Positions 24,843-35,808 of a DNA stretch of 64,000 nt are shown here, in pieces. Both the position numbers and the translations under genes were made by a program. Origin of the DNA: Candidatus Pacebacteria bacterium CG_4_9_14_0_2_um_filter_40_15 (GTDB lineage: Bacteria > Patescibacteriota > Microgenomatia > UBA1400 > PJMF01); contig PFRS01000007.1 of the NCBI GenBank assembly GCA_002788675.1, forward strand, positions 270-64,269. Direction: 5' to 3'. Each line of letters begins with the position of its first letter. The first letter of the stretch is position 1. Under the pieces are notes generated by a model. The model had not been told where the DNA came from, searched no databases, and worked only from the letters and a program-made list of their open reading frames with translations.

Positions 24843-27779
24843 TTAGCCCTTATGTTCAGGCGCATCGATAAGTCCGCACTTTTTATACTTGAGTCCACTG
24901 CCACAAGGACAAGGATCATTGCGTTTTATTTTTACCTTTGAGACTCCAGGTTTAGGTCTACTCGTAGCTTTTGCAGAACCCAGAGCTGAGGCTAAGTCAC
25001 CTAAAGATCCTTGTTTTGACTGAGGAGCTGTGCTTTTTTGTGATTGGTCTACATTTGAAACAGCCTGAGCAAGATTCGATGTAATGGCTTGCTTTTGAGC
25101 AACAGCTTGTTTCTGTGGAGATGACTCAACTTTTTGTTGCACTCCTCGCAATTGTACTCTAAAGAGTCTGTTTGCAATTGTGCTTTCGATTGACTGTACT
25201 AAGTCCGCAAACATTACAAAGCCTTCTTTTTTATACTCAGAAAGTACCGTCTTTTTATCACCGCGCAGCCAAATTCCTTCGCGAAGCGCATCCATGGCAT
25301 CAAGATGATCCATCCACTTTTCATCAATTGTTGAAAGTGTTACCAGTCTTTCCAGAATAGAAAGCTGTTCAGCTCCGAGAGCTTTTTCCCTGGAATCGTA
25401 TGCATCTGTTGAGATCTTTAGAAGCGTATCTTCAATATTGTTAGACGTAGTTAAAGATTTTGCTAGTTGTTGTTGTGAAGCATGGTCAAAAGGAATGAGT
25501 TTAGAAAACTCGTTTACTAACTCGTGATATTCTTCATCAACTCCTTCTGCTGGAGCATGCATTGCAGCAATACTTTTGACTTCATCCTCAATATATCCAA
25601 CTATTTGGTCATGGAGGGATTCCTCAGTCTCAGATTCAGTAGAGGCTTGTTTAAGTAGACGACGACGTCGTTCGTAAATGATTTCGCGCTGTTTGTTCAT
25701 GACGTCATCAAACTCAACTAATCGCTTACGTTGGTCAAAGAAGAATCCTTCAACTTTTACTTGAGCAGATTCGATTGATTTACTGACCATGCCATGTTCA
25801 ATGGGTTGGTTTTCTTCGATTTTGAGCATGTCCATGACTTTAGCAATTTGTTCACCTCCAAAAATGCGCATAATGTCATCTTCTAGAGCAACATAAAATT
25901 GTGAGGCACCTGGATCACCCTGACGACCTGAACGACCTCTCAGCTGATTATCAATACGACGGGATTCATGTCGTTCGGTACCAAGAACGTACAAACCACC
26001 GAGATCTTTTACTTCTTGATGCTCTTTTTTCCATGTATCGAGATCTTTGACGTATTCAGAAAGTTTGTAGTTATTTGGGTTAACTGATGGAGGCACTTGC
26101 ACTCCATATTTGTCTTGAATTTCTTTTCGTTCTTTTTGAGTTGGAATGTCTTTAGAGCGAGTTTTTTTTCGATACTCTTTTAATTCTGGAGCCGTGCCAC
26201 CTAGTACAATGTCAACACCACGACCAGCAATGTTTGTAGCAACGGTTATAGCACCTTTTTTACCTGCGTCAGAAATAATGAATGCTTCTTTTTCGTGATT
26301 TTTAGCATTAAGAACCTGATGTGGAACATTTTTTCGCTTTAGGAAGTTTGAAATTATTTGGTTGTGTTCAATGGATTTGGTACCAATCAAAATTGGTTGG
26401 CCAGTTGCATGAATTCGGGCAACCTCATTACTAATTGCTGAATACTTAGCAGCAGTGGTTTTATAAATGATGTCACTTTTATCGTTGCGAACAACAGGTT
26501 TATTTGTTGGGACCACCAGGACTTCAGCAGCATAAATCTTCATGAATTCTTCAGACTCAGTTTGTGCAGTACCAGTCATACCACTCAGTTTTTCGTAGAG
26601 ACGAAAATAATTTTGAATTGAAATAGTTGCTAAGGTACGTGATTCACTCTGAATATTGACACCTTCTTTAGCTTCAATTGCTTGATGGAGACCATCTGAG
26701 TAACGGCGACCATACATTAAACGACCTGTATGTTCATCAACAATAACAACTTCTCCTTCACGGACAATGTAGTCTTTGTCCCGCTGAAAAATAGTTTTTG
26801 CCTTAAGAGCGGACTCCAGCTGATGAATGGTATCAAAACTTTCTTCATACAGATTTGAAACACCAAGTTTAGCTTCAATTCGTTTAACACCCAAATCTGT
26901 TAAGGTTACAGAACGGGCTTTTTCATCAATATTGTAGTCAACATCTCTGCTCAAAATGGTAACCATTTTTGCATATTCAAAATATTGTTTAGTAGGAGTT
27001 GAGTCTGGTGCTGAGATAATCAGAGGAGTTCTGGCTTCATCAATCAAAATAGAGTCAGCTTCGTCCACAATGGTGTAGTGGTGCGCGTTGTCGAAACGTT
27101 GGACCATTTGGGCTTCTTGTTGCACCATGTTGTCTCGAAGATAGTCGAAACCAAACTCATTATTTGTACCATACGTAATGTCTGCGGCATATGCTTCACG
27201 GCGACTAATATCTTGGAAGTGCTCTAGACGTTCATCACCACGTTCTTCACTATCGATTTCAGGATTATAGAGCCGAGAGTGATCATGCACGATAACAGCT
27301 GATGAGAGGCCTAAGAAGGTATAAACTGGTCCCATCCAACCAATTCCAAGTTCAGCCAAGTAGTCATTTACTGTAATGAGGTGGGCGCCTTTGCCTAGAA
27401 GCGCATTAAGATACAAAGGAGCGGTAACGGTTAACGTTTTACCTTCACCTGTACGCTGTTCAGTGATCATGCCTTTGTGCAGAGCAATACCAGCAATGAG
27501 CTGAACGTCGTAGTGGCGCATTCCAAGTACACGTCGTGAAGTCTCACGTACCGTTGCAAACGCTTCTGGAAGGAGTGCATCAAGAATATCAGCATCGGAT
27601 GTCCCCCTTGAGGTTTCTTCAGCGATTCTCTTTTTGAATTCTTGTGTTTTTTTTGCAAGTTGAGCATCAGTTAATTTAAGAAACTCTGGCTCGAGTGCAT
27701 TAATTGCATCGACAATGCCTTGAAAAGAATTAAGATTCTTTTTGTTATCGTCGAACATGTTGGAAAGGAATTTAAGCAT
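24843..27779 (-). CDS. secA: protein translocase ATPase SecA
   Basis: TGEGKT, DEADSILIDEARTPLIIS, ATNIAGRGVDI, RRIDNQLRGRSGRQGDPG, C-terminal SEC-C. Confidence 0.98.
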   Translation of the reverse strand: MLKFLSNMFDDNKKNLNSFQGIVDAINALEPEFLKLTDAQLAKKTQEFKKRIAEETSRGTSDADILDALLPEAFATVRETSRRVLGMRHYDVQLIAGIALHKGMITEQRTGEGKTLTVTAPLYLNALLGKGAHLITVNDYLAELGIGWMGPVYTFLGLSSAVIVHDHSRLYNPEIDSEERGDERLEHFQDISRREAYAADITYGTNNEFGFDYLRDNMVQQEAQMVQRFDNAHHYTIVDEADSILIDEARTPLIISAPDSTPTKQYFEYAKMVTILSRDVDYNIDEKARSVTLTDLGVKRIEAKLGVSNLYEESFDTIHQLESALKAKTIFQRDKDYIVREGEVVIVDEHTGRLMYGRRYSDGLHQAIEAKEGVNIQSESRTLATISIQNYFRLYEKLSGMTGTAQTESEEFMKIYAAEVLVVPTNKPVVRNDKSDIIYKTTAAKYSAISNEVARIHATGQPILIGTKSIEHNQIISNFLKRKNVPHQVLNAKNHEKEAFIISDAGKKGAITVATNIAGRGVDIVLGGTAPELKEYRKKTRSKDIPTQKERKEIQDKYGVQVPPSVNPNNYKLSEYVKDLDTWKKEHQEVKDLGGLYVLGTERHESRRIDNQLRGRSGRQGDPGASQFYVALEDDIMRIFGGEQIAKVMDMLKIEENQPIEHGMVSKSIESAQVKVEGFFFDQRKRLVEFDDVMNKQREIIYERRRRLLKQASTESETEESLHDQIVGYIEDEVKSIAAMHAPAEGVDEEYHELVNEFSKLIPFDHASQQQLAKSLTTSNNIEDTLLKISTDAYDSREKALGAEQLSILERLVTLSTIDEKWMDHLDAMDALREGIWLRGDKKTVLSEYKKEGFVMFADLVQSIESTIANRLFRVQLRGVQQKVESSPQKQAVAQKQAITSNLAQAVSNVDQSQKSTAPQSKQGSLGDLASALGSAKATSRPKPGVSKVKIKRNDPCPCGSGLKYKKCGLIDAPEHKG

Positions 27780-27898
27780 ACGACTCTTTTCTGTGTTTTT
27801 TTGAGCTTACTTGAAGGGTCATTATACCCCACTCTGCCGTGATGTTATAGCAGAAAGTCGAGTTAAAATGAAGGCTGAATTGTGATTTTCTGTCTTTT

Positions 27899-27930
27899 TA
27901 GAGCGACTGAGTTATAGCTCAGCCGCTCTA
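27899..27930. terminator. hairpin after serS
   Basis: tagagcgactgag-ttatag-ctcagccgctcta. Confidence 0.6.
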
Positions 27931-27947
27931 TTTTTGGACGCTTTTCT

Positions 27948-29228
27948 TTATTTTTTGAGCGTAATTATTTCAGTACCAACAAAATCTTGTAATACTTCAG
28001 GCACAATAATACTTCCATCTGCCTGCTGATAGTTTTCGATAACAGCAGCGAGTAAGCGAGGTGTTGCTGCCATTGTATTATTAAGTGTGAAGACATGTTT
28101 TGTAGTACCGTCTTTAGCCTGATACTTTATGCCCAGTCTTCTAGACTGAAAGTCATTAAAGTAACTGGCTGAATGTGTTTCTCGATATTTATTTTGGCCT
28201 GGGAACCAAGTTTCAATGTCATACTTTTTGCGCTGTCCTGCACCCATATCGCCTGTGCACATTAAGAGTACTTGGTAAGGTAAACCGAGGTCGTGCAAGA
28301 GTTGTTCTGCATAACCAGTCATTTTTTCGTGCCACTTCTGTGTTTCATCTTCATCAGCAATAGTGTAGACGACTTGTTCCACTTTATTAAATTGATGGAC
28401 CCGGATTATCCCTTGGGTGTCTTTCCCATGGGTGCCCACTTCTCTTCTAAAGCATGGTGAAATGCCGACCATTTTGACAGGTAAATCTGCTTCACTCAGT
28501 GTTTCACCCATGTGATATGCAGTGAGTGCGACCTCTGCAGTTCCTGCTAAAATTTGACCATCTTGGGTTTTGTAGTGATCTTCTTTTCCCCAGGGAAAAT
28601 ATCCAGTTCCTTCCATGGCTTCTTTGTTTACCAAAATTGGTGCAGACATGGCTGTGAAGCCTTCATTGCGTAAGAGTTTTAGAGAATAGTTGAGAATGGC
28701 TTGTTCAAGCAAGAGCCCTTCATTTTTTAAGAAATAAGATCTAAATCCACCAATGCGGACAGCTCTGACTGTGTCGACTAAGTCAAGTGCTTCCATGAGT
28801 TCATGGTGTTGTTTTGGCTCAAAATCAAGTTTTGGAAGTTCTCCAACAGTTCTAACAACTACATTACCTTCTTCATCTTTTCCAATGGGAACTTCATCAG
28901 CAGGCACATTTGGCACACTGTACATAAGTGTGGTAAATGCTTCTTCTGCAAGTTTAAGTTCTGGTTCGATGCCTTGGAGTTCTGTTTTGATTTCTTTGCC
29001 GTTGGCGATAAGTTCTGCAGAAGGTTTGCCGTTTGCTTGAACTTCTTTCTTTACGGCGTCAGCATTCTGATTGGCTGTTTGACGAAGGTTATCGACTTCG
29101 TATTGTAGTTTACGGCGTTTTTCGTCGACAGCTAGAAGTTCGTCAATGATAGAACTTTCAAGTTGCTTATTTTTACAGGCATTTTTTACTACTTCTGGGT
29201 TATCGCGAATGAACTGAATGTCCAACAT
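27948..29228 (-). CDS. serS: serine--tRNA ligase
   Basis: MLDIQFIRDN, GTAEV, CFRREVG, RVHQFNKVEQ, TLNNT..ATPR. Confidence 0.98.
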   Translation of the reverse strand: MLDIQFIRDNPEVVKNACKNKQLESSIIDELLAVDEKRRKLQYEVDNLRQTANQNADAVKKEVQANGKPSAELIANGKEIKTELQGIEPELKLAEEAFTTLMYSVPNVPADEVPIGKDEEGNVVVRTVGELPKLDFEPKQHHELMEALDLVDTVRAVRIGGFRSYFLKNEGLLLEQAILNYSLKLLRNEGFTAMSAPILVNKEAMEGTGYFPWGKEDHYKTQDGQILAGTAEVALTAYHMGETLSEADLPVKMVGISPCFRREVGTHGKDTQGIIRVHQFNKVEQVVYTIADEDETQKWHEKMTGYAEQLLHDLGLPYQVLLMCTGDMGAGQRKKYDIETWFPGQNKYRETHSASYFNDFQSRRLGIKYQAKDGTTKHVFTLNNTMAATPRLLAAVIENYQQADGSIIVPEVLQDFVGTEIITLKK

Positions 29229-29293
29229 AGCACCCTTTCTGCACGTTTGTGCAAAATAATTTATAGTGTGCTTGGCTTTTGGGAAAAAGGTAC

Positions 29294-29467
29294 AAAAAAA
29301 CTCTTACCCATCGACACAAGCGATGTAAGTAAGAGGGTTCTAAGATGACTAGAACGGTGCCACCTCTCCGTACTCATTCCTGCTGTAACGGGCTTACCCG
29401 GCTTGGTTGTTACCCCAAGCAGCATCGATAGCTGCTAACTATCTCAAGTGCTGTTGTTGTTTTAACT
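29294..29467 (-). ncRNA. T-box riboswitch (serS leader) with ultrashort K-turn stem I
   Basis: AGAGG-TGGCACC-GTTCTAG...TTAGAAC-CCTCT antiterminator, terminator plus T7, CCGTTA stem IIA/B motif, K-turn stem with AGC in apical loop; TGCTATACT promoter. Confidence 0.9.
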
Positions 29468-29527
29468 GATGGTAGTATAGCAGAAAGCTTTTTTTTTTGA
29501 AGTGACGTGTGTGTTTAGCATGTATTA

Positions 29528-30079
29528 CTAAACTATGTGTACACTTCTTTTGCCGTTAGGATTTCTGTGTCGGGGATCATCAAATAGTAATTTTCGGGCA
29601 GCGTCTAATGCAACTTCTTGTTCGATTGTTCGATTTAATCCTGTAGATTGGTTTTCTTGTGCACTAACTTCAAAACTATTTGTAGCCACTTCTTCGCCTG
29701 CGGCTTGATTATCTTTTCGTTGTTTTTCAGCCGCTTCTTTTTTTTCTTGTTCTATCCGGTCTTCTTCATCTTGGATAGCTCGCCATTCAGCAAGAGCGGT
29801 ATTGGCATCTGGGTCAAGTACTTCACCTAAGTCGTTTTCAATTCGTGCTTCTTCATTGAGGTCTCTTGCGTACTCTGCTTCACCGGTAAAAGCATCTCGC
29901 ATTGCTTCTTGAAGAATAAATGCTTGAGTTCTGCTTCTATTCTCAGCAGTTCTTTGTGTTGCTTTTCTTTTTTCCCGATGAACTCGTTCACTTTCACGTT
30001 GAGGTGCTGATTTCTCGCGTGGTTTTGCTTTTTGAAGTAAATCAGGTCGCTTAAAAAAATGTCTCTCTTCTAATGGCAT
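29528..30079 (-). CDS. hypothetical charged protein
   Basis: 183-aa ORF, E/R/A-rich helical composition. Confidence 0.7.
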   Translation of the reverse strand: MPLEERHFFKRPDLLQKAKPREKSAPQRESERVHREKRKATQRTAENRSRTQAFILQEAMRDAFTGEAEYARDLNEEARIENDLGEVLDPDANTALAEWRAIQDEEDRIEQEKKEAAEKQRKDNQAAGEEVATNSFEVSAQENQSTGLNRTIEQEVALDAARKLLFDDPRHRNPNGKRSVHIV

Positions 30080-30085
30080 AGTATA

Positions 30086-30114
30086 AGAATAGCACCCATC
30101 TGGGGTGCTATTCT
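30086..30114. terminator. hairpin after lysS
   Basis: agaatagcaccc-atctg-gggtgctattct. Confidence 0.65.
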
Positions 30115-30141
30115 AGAGTTACTTTTATATTTTAAAAACAA

Positions 30142-32244
30142 TTAGTCGTTTTTTGAAAAGACAGAAATCAAAAACTCAAAGTGCTCATCAGCAGTTTTAC
30201 CAATAAGTTGCAAACCCTCTTCAATATCTTCTCTACTTACATTGGCAGCAAACGCTTTAGTTTTAAGTTTTTTCTTGATTGATTTTGATTTCATACCCTC
30301 AAGACCAGTTGGGCGAAGTAGTGAAACGGCATTAATGAAACCAGAAATTTCGTCACAGGCAAAGAGGTAGCGGTCCAATGTTGTGATTGGATCACGTCCA
30401 GTTCTAGATGGAGCATGTGCCGCAATAGCATCAAGCATGGCTTGTGGGTACGCTGTTAAGATTTCATTGATGGCTTTATTTGGATGTTCGTCGGGGTACA
30501 TTTCCCAGTCTAGATCGTGGAGCAAACCAGTTTGGTACCAGAGTTCTTCATCCTCACCAAGTTCTTTTGCGTAAGCAGTCATAGCTTGAGCGACCATGCG
30601 TGAGTGGTTGCGTAGTGCTTCATCTGAAATATACTTTTCCAAAAGTGCTGTTGCAGCTTCTCTAGAGGGCATTTCTACAGAATCTGCTTTTTTCTCTGTT
30701 GAAGCATTTTTACCTGTGATATGCAGTGGAACAAGTGGGCGTAGCGTTGGAAAGGCAATCACCTCTTTAATACTCCAAGTGTTAGTAAGGAACATGACTA
30801 AACGGTCAATTCCCATTCCAATTCCACCAAGTGGTGGCATACCATGTTCCATAGCTTCAAGGAAGTCTTCATCAAGTGGATGAGCCTCGGTGTCACCATG
30901 AAGCATATTTGCTTGTTCATTTTCCCAGATGTTTCGTTGATCGACTGCGTCGACAATCTCACTCCAACCATCGGCAAGCTCTTTCCCTCCTATATAGGCT
31001 TCAAAGCGTTCTGCAAATTCTGGTTGGGTGCGATGTTGTTTTGCTAATGGAGAAATGTCACGTGGGTAGTCGACAATCCAAATTGGTGCGATTAAATGAG
31101 GAGTGACTAGTTCATCAAAGAGCTCAAATAATGCTTTACCTCTGGTGAACTCGCTTTTTAGTTCAATTCTGTGGGTTTTCATGAGTGCTTTCACTTCTTC
31201 GTCTGAAAGAGAGTCAAAGTCGATATTTGCGTGTTGTTTAAGTGCTTCATCCATTCGTACTCGAGGCCAGTCACCAGCAATATCAATGATTTTTTCACCA
31301 ACGGTAATCTCATGGTTACCGTAGAGTTTAAAGGTGAGGTGTTTAACCAGAGCTTCTGCTACATTCATCATGCGAGTGTAGTCTGCATAGGTCTCGTACC
31401 ATTCGATCATAGTGAACTCAGGTTGATGGGTTTGATCAATACCCTCATTGCGGAAGTTGCGGGCAATCTCAAAGACTCTATCGTAACCACCTACAATTAG
31501 CCGTTTTAAGTAGAGTTCTGGAGCGATGCGTAGGTAGAAATCACTATCAAGTGCATCCATGTGAGTGGTAAATGGAGTTGCATTTGTGCCGCCATATAAA
31601 GGTTGTAAGATTGGCGTTTCAACTTCAATAAAATCATGTTGATCTTGAAGAAACCGACGGATCTCTTTTTCAATTAACCAGCGAGCATCAAGAATTCTTT
31701 TTGTGTCTGGATTAATGAGCATGTCGACGTATCGTTTTCTAAAACGAACTTCTTTATTATCTGCTGCATTAAAGGCTGTTGGAATTGGTCGAAGTGCTTT
31801 AGAAAGCATCTGAAACTCAGTTGCTAAGATGGTTAGTTCTCCAGTTTTTGTGGTCATTACGGTACCAGACACTCCTAGATAATCACCTCGGTCGACTAAT
31901 GTTTTTAGCCACTCGAATGCTTTGGAATCAACTTCAGCTTCTCGTACCATTACTTGGATATTGGTTGTAGAGTCTTGTAGATCAAGAAACACAACTTTTC
32001 CATGTGCTCTGATGGACATGATGCGACCAGCAGTTTGAACTGATTGATCCATCATTTCTCGAACTTGAGCAATAGTAAACTTCTTATCAAAGAAATGAGG
32101 ATGCACAGTAATACCTTGTGCTTCTAATTGAGCTCTTTTATCTTTTTTTGCTTGAATTGTTTCGTCCATTCGCGACATGCCGGCGGTCCTTTTTGTGCTT
32201 TGTACTGCTTTATTTTGATTAATTTGTGCGTCTTGATTATACAT
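30142..32244 (-). CDS. lysS: lysine--tRNA ligase (class II) fused to C-terminal HD-domain (HDIG-like) hydrolase
   Basis: OB fold, YLRIAPELYLKRL, FRNEG, GIGMGIDRL, then ~175-aa domain with H..LLHDLD..EHP..H..ACDE; true start may be MSRMD at 32178. Confidence 0.95.
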   Translation of the reverse strand: MYNQDAQINQNKAVQSTKRTAGMSRMDETIQAKKDKRAQLEAQGITVHPHFFDKKFTIAQVREMMDQSVQTAGRIMSIRAHGKVVFLDLQDSTTNIQVMVREAEVDSKAFEWLKTLVDRGDYLGVSGTVMTTKTGELTILATEFQMLSKALRPIPTAFNAADNKEVRFRKRYVDMLINPDTKRILDARWLIEKEIRRFLQDQHDFIEVETPILQPLYGGTNATPFTTHMDALDSDFYLRIAPELYLKRLIVGGYDRVFEIARNFRNEGIDQTHQPEFTMIEWYETYADYTRMMNVAEALVKHLTFKLYGNHEITVGEKIIDIAGDWPRVRMDEALKQHANIDFDSLSDEEVKALMKTHRIELKSEFTRGKALFELFDELVTPHLIAPIWIVDYPRDISPLAKQHRTQPEFAERFEAYIGGKELADGWSEIVDAVDQRNIWENEQANMLHGDTEAHPLDEDFLEAMEHGMPPLGGIGMGIDRLVMFLTNTWSIKEVIAFPTLRPLVPLHITGKNASTEKKADSVEMPSREAATALLEKYISDEALRNHSRMVAQAMTAYAKELGEDEELWYQTGLLHDLDWEMYPDEHPNKAINEILTAYPQAMLDAIAAHAPSRTGRDPITTLDRYLFACDEISGFINAVSLLRPTGLEGMKSKSIKKKLKTKAFAANVSREDIEEGLQLIGKTADEHFEFLISVFSKND

Positions 32245-32250
32245 TATTTG

Positions 32251-33336
32251 CTATCTTTCCTCTTGGCTAATTTTTGTTGAGCTATCGGCGAGTTTGAGAA
32301 TAAGCTCTTGCATACGTTCGAGTGCATATACACTAGTTTCTTCTCTGGTTGTATGTGCATGTTTGCTTCCATCCCCAAGGTTATATACATTCAGATTTGG
32401 CGACTGGTTAAAAATGTTTGCGTCTGAAACACCAAACGATTTTTTGTGAGTGGTGGTTGTATTCAGTGCTGAATCAATAATTTTTGTCATGGAATCTATT
32501 TCATCTTCTGTATGACTGTACCCAGGATTCTCAATCACGATTTCTGATATGATCTCACATGCATAAGGAGTATCTAGTAATGCTTGCAATGTACTCAGTC
32601 CGTTCTGAAAGGTGGCTAGATCAAAACTTCTTACTTCACCATGCATTATTATTTTTCCCATCACTGTATTTCGAGCATTTCCCCCAGATATCTTACCAAT
32701 ATTTATGAGCAAATCGTTTGATCGCAATTTTTTTATTTCAGTAGCTAAAGAAAGAAATGTAGGAAGTGCTGCGGTAGCTTTTTCTGGATAGCCAGCATGA
32801 GCTGATTTTCCTTGTATTTCAATGTCAAATCGTGCGTAGTAGGGAGATGCCGACATGATTGTTTCGATTGGTCCTGTGCCATCAAAAATGATTCCTGTTT
32901 TTGCTCTAAGAGCTGATGTATCATATCCCTTTGCGCCCTTGCACTCTTCTTCCTCAGAAACAGTAAAGACAATATCAAGAGGCCGCCATTTAATCTTTGA
33001 GTTTGTTGTTATGTGTTGAAGCGCTACAAGTATGGCAGCAACGGCACCTTTATCGTCGGCACCAAGAATAGTGTTGCCAGTACTGCGAATAATGCCATCT
33101 TTGAGTTCTGGAATAATTCCTCTACCTGGTTCTACAGTATCTAAATGGGCGCATAAGAAAAGTGCCTCACCTGTTCCATCTGTTTGGATTGTTACATTGC
33201 CATGTGAGTCAACATTTGCTTCGAGATCACAGTTCTGTTTTGAAAAACGGACTATTTCTTGAATCATCTCTTCCTCTTCGCCGGAGACACTATCAATTTG
33301 GACAAGATCCATAAAAAGTTCAGTTACTGATTGCAT
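32251..33336 (-). CDS. M20/M25/M40 family peptidase (PepT-like)
   Basis: AHLDTV, LGADDK, SEEE, GKSAHAG, SDAN, HTTRE. Confidence 0.9.
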   Translation of the reverse strand: MQSVTELFMDLVQIDSVSGEEEEMIQEIVRFSKQNCDLEANVDSHGNVTIQTDGTGEALFLCAHLDTVEPGRGIIPELKDGIIRSTGNTILGADDKGAVAAILVALQHITTNSKIKWRPLDIVFTVSEEEECKGAKGYDTSALRAKTGIIFDGTGPIETIMSASPYYARFDIEIQGKSAHAGYPEKATAALPTFLSLATEIKKLRSNDLLINIGKISGGNARNTVMGKIIMHGEVRSFDLATFQNGLSTLQALLDTPYACEIISEIVIENPGYSHTEDEIDSMTKIIDSALNTTTTHKKSFGVSDANIFNQSPNLNVYNLGDGSKHAHTTREETSVYALERMQELILKLADSSTKISQEER

Positions 33337-33352
33337 TAGTTCCTTTAAAACT

Positions 33353-33380
33353 AAAAACCCCGCTTGTATGCGGGTTTTTT
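33353..33380 (-). terminator. intrinsic terminator after greA
   Basis: aaaaaccccgc-ttgtat-gcgggtttttt. Confidence 0.7.
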
Positions 33381-33403
33381 ACATTTTTTGTTAGTATTAG
33401 TAC

Positions 33404-33883
33404 TTATTTGATTTCTACTATTGTGTATTCAATTTCCCCCGCTGGAGCTTGAAAGACTGCTTTATCGCCCTTCTTCTTACCAACTAGAGCTTCCCCTAAT
33501 GGAGAGCCAACTGAAATTTTTCCTAAAACTGGATCCGCCTCAAACTCACCAACAACCTTAAGTTCTTTTTTCTCTTTTGAACCTTTTTTTGAAACTATTA
33601 CAGTTGTGCCAATACCGATATTGCTTTTACTGCGTGTATTTTGAACAACTACAGAACGAGAAATGATAAGTTCAATTTCTTCGATACGAGTTTCAATAAA
33701 TTCTTGCTCCTCTTTTGCGCTATGGTATTCGGCGTTCTCAGAAAGATCTCCATATTCGCGAGCTTTTGCAACGCGTTTGATAACGGCAACAAGTTTTTGC
33801 TCTTTTAGTTGGGTAAGTTCAGTCTGGAGTTCTTCTAGACCTTCTTTTGTAAGTTCGATTTTGTTTGTGTCGTTGTTTGACAT
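33404..33883 (-). CDS. greA: transcription elongation factor GreA
   Basis: LTKEG, GDLSENAEYHSAKE, ISVGSPLGEALVGKKKGD; start MSNND. Confidence 0.95.
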   Translation of the reverse strand: MSNNDTNKIELTKEGLEELQTELTQLKEQKLVAVIKRVAKAREYGDLSENAEYHSAKEEQEFIETRIEEIELIISRSVVVQNTRSKSNIGIGTTVIVSKKGSKEKKELKVVGEFEADPVLGKISVGSPLGEALVGKKKGDKAVFQAPAGEIEYTIVEIK

Positions 33884-33962
33884 AATGTTCCTAGTATACC
33901 GTGTCTTTTGTATGTGACAAGCAGATAATGTAATTTTTGTGTGAAAATAAGTGAAAATGGAC

Positions 33963-34373
33963 TTATAGACCGCGCTTTTGAGCAACTTTGATTTCAAGCA
34001 TTGCTCTCTTCAAAGACGCTTCAGCCATGATAAGTTCTCGACGATTTTCAGAAATTTTCATGGTCTCTTTAGCGGCAGAAATCGCTTCTTCAGCCTGAGC
34101 GACACTTATGTCACGTGCAAGAGTTGCACTGTCCACCATTACTATTACTTCATTGTTAGGATTAACCGTTAAGAACCCGTCAGATACCACAATTGAGTGT
34201 TCTCTCTCTCCCTCAAAGTATCTTAGCTCACCAGTCTTCAACTGAGTAAACAATGGGATATGACGAGCTAAGATAGTAATTTCGCCTTGAGTTGTGATCG
34301 CAGAAACTGACTCGACTTCAGTTTCGAGTAACTTTCTTTCTTGTGATACGACGGTTAACGTTAATTTTTGCAT
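33963..34373 (-). CDS. atpC: F1 ATP synthase epsilon subunit
   Basis: GEITILARHIPL beta sandwich plus helical C-terminus; last gene of atp operon. Confidence 0.93.
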   Translation of the reverse strand: MQKLTLTVVSQERKLLETEVESVSAITTQGEITILARHIPLFTQLKTGELRYFEGEREHSIVVSDGFLTVNPNNEVIVMVDSATLARDISVAQAEEAISAAKETMKISENRRELIMAEASLKRAMLEIKVAQKRGL

Positions 34374-34377
34374 TTGG

Positions 34378-35808
<1,431 letters not shown>

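Noticed and set aside
29419-29435. Alternative serS specifier hairpin GCAGC-TATCGAT-GCTGC with TCG codon
   Set aside because: Mutually exclusive with the longer K-turn stem, which has more pairs, the canonical GA motif and a C-ending codon; kept only as a control to test
33884-33997. N-terminal extension of GreA overlapping atpC
   Set aside because: TATACT and AGGA precede the ATG at 33883, which gives a normal-length GreA
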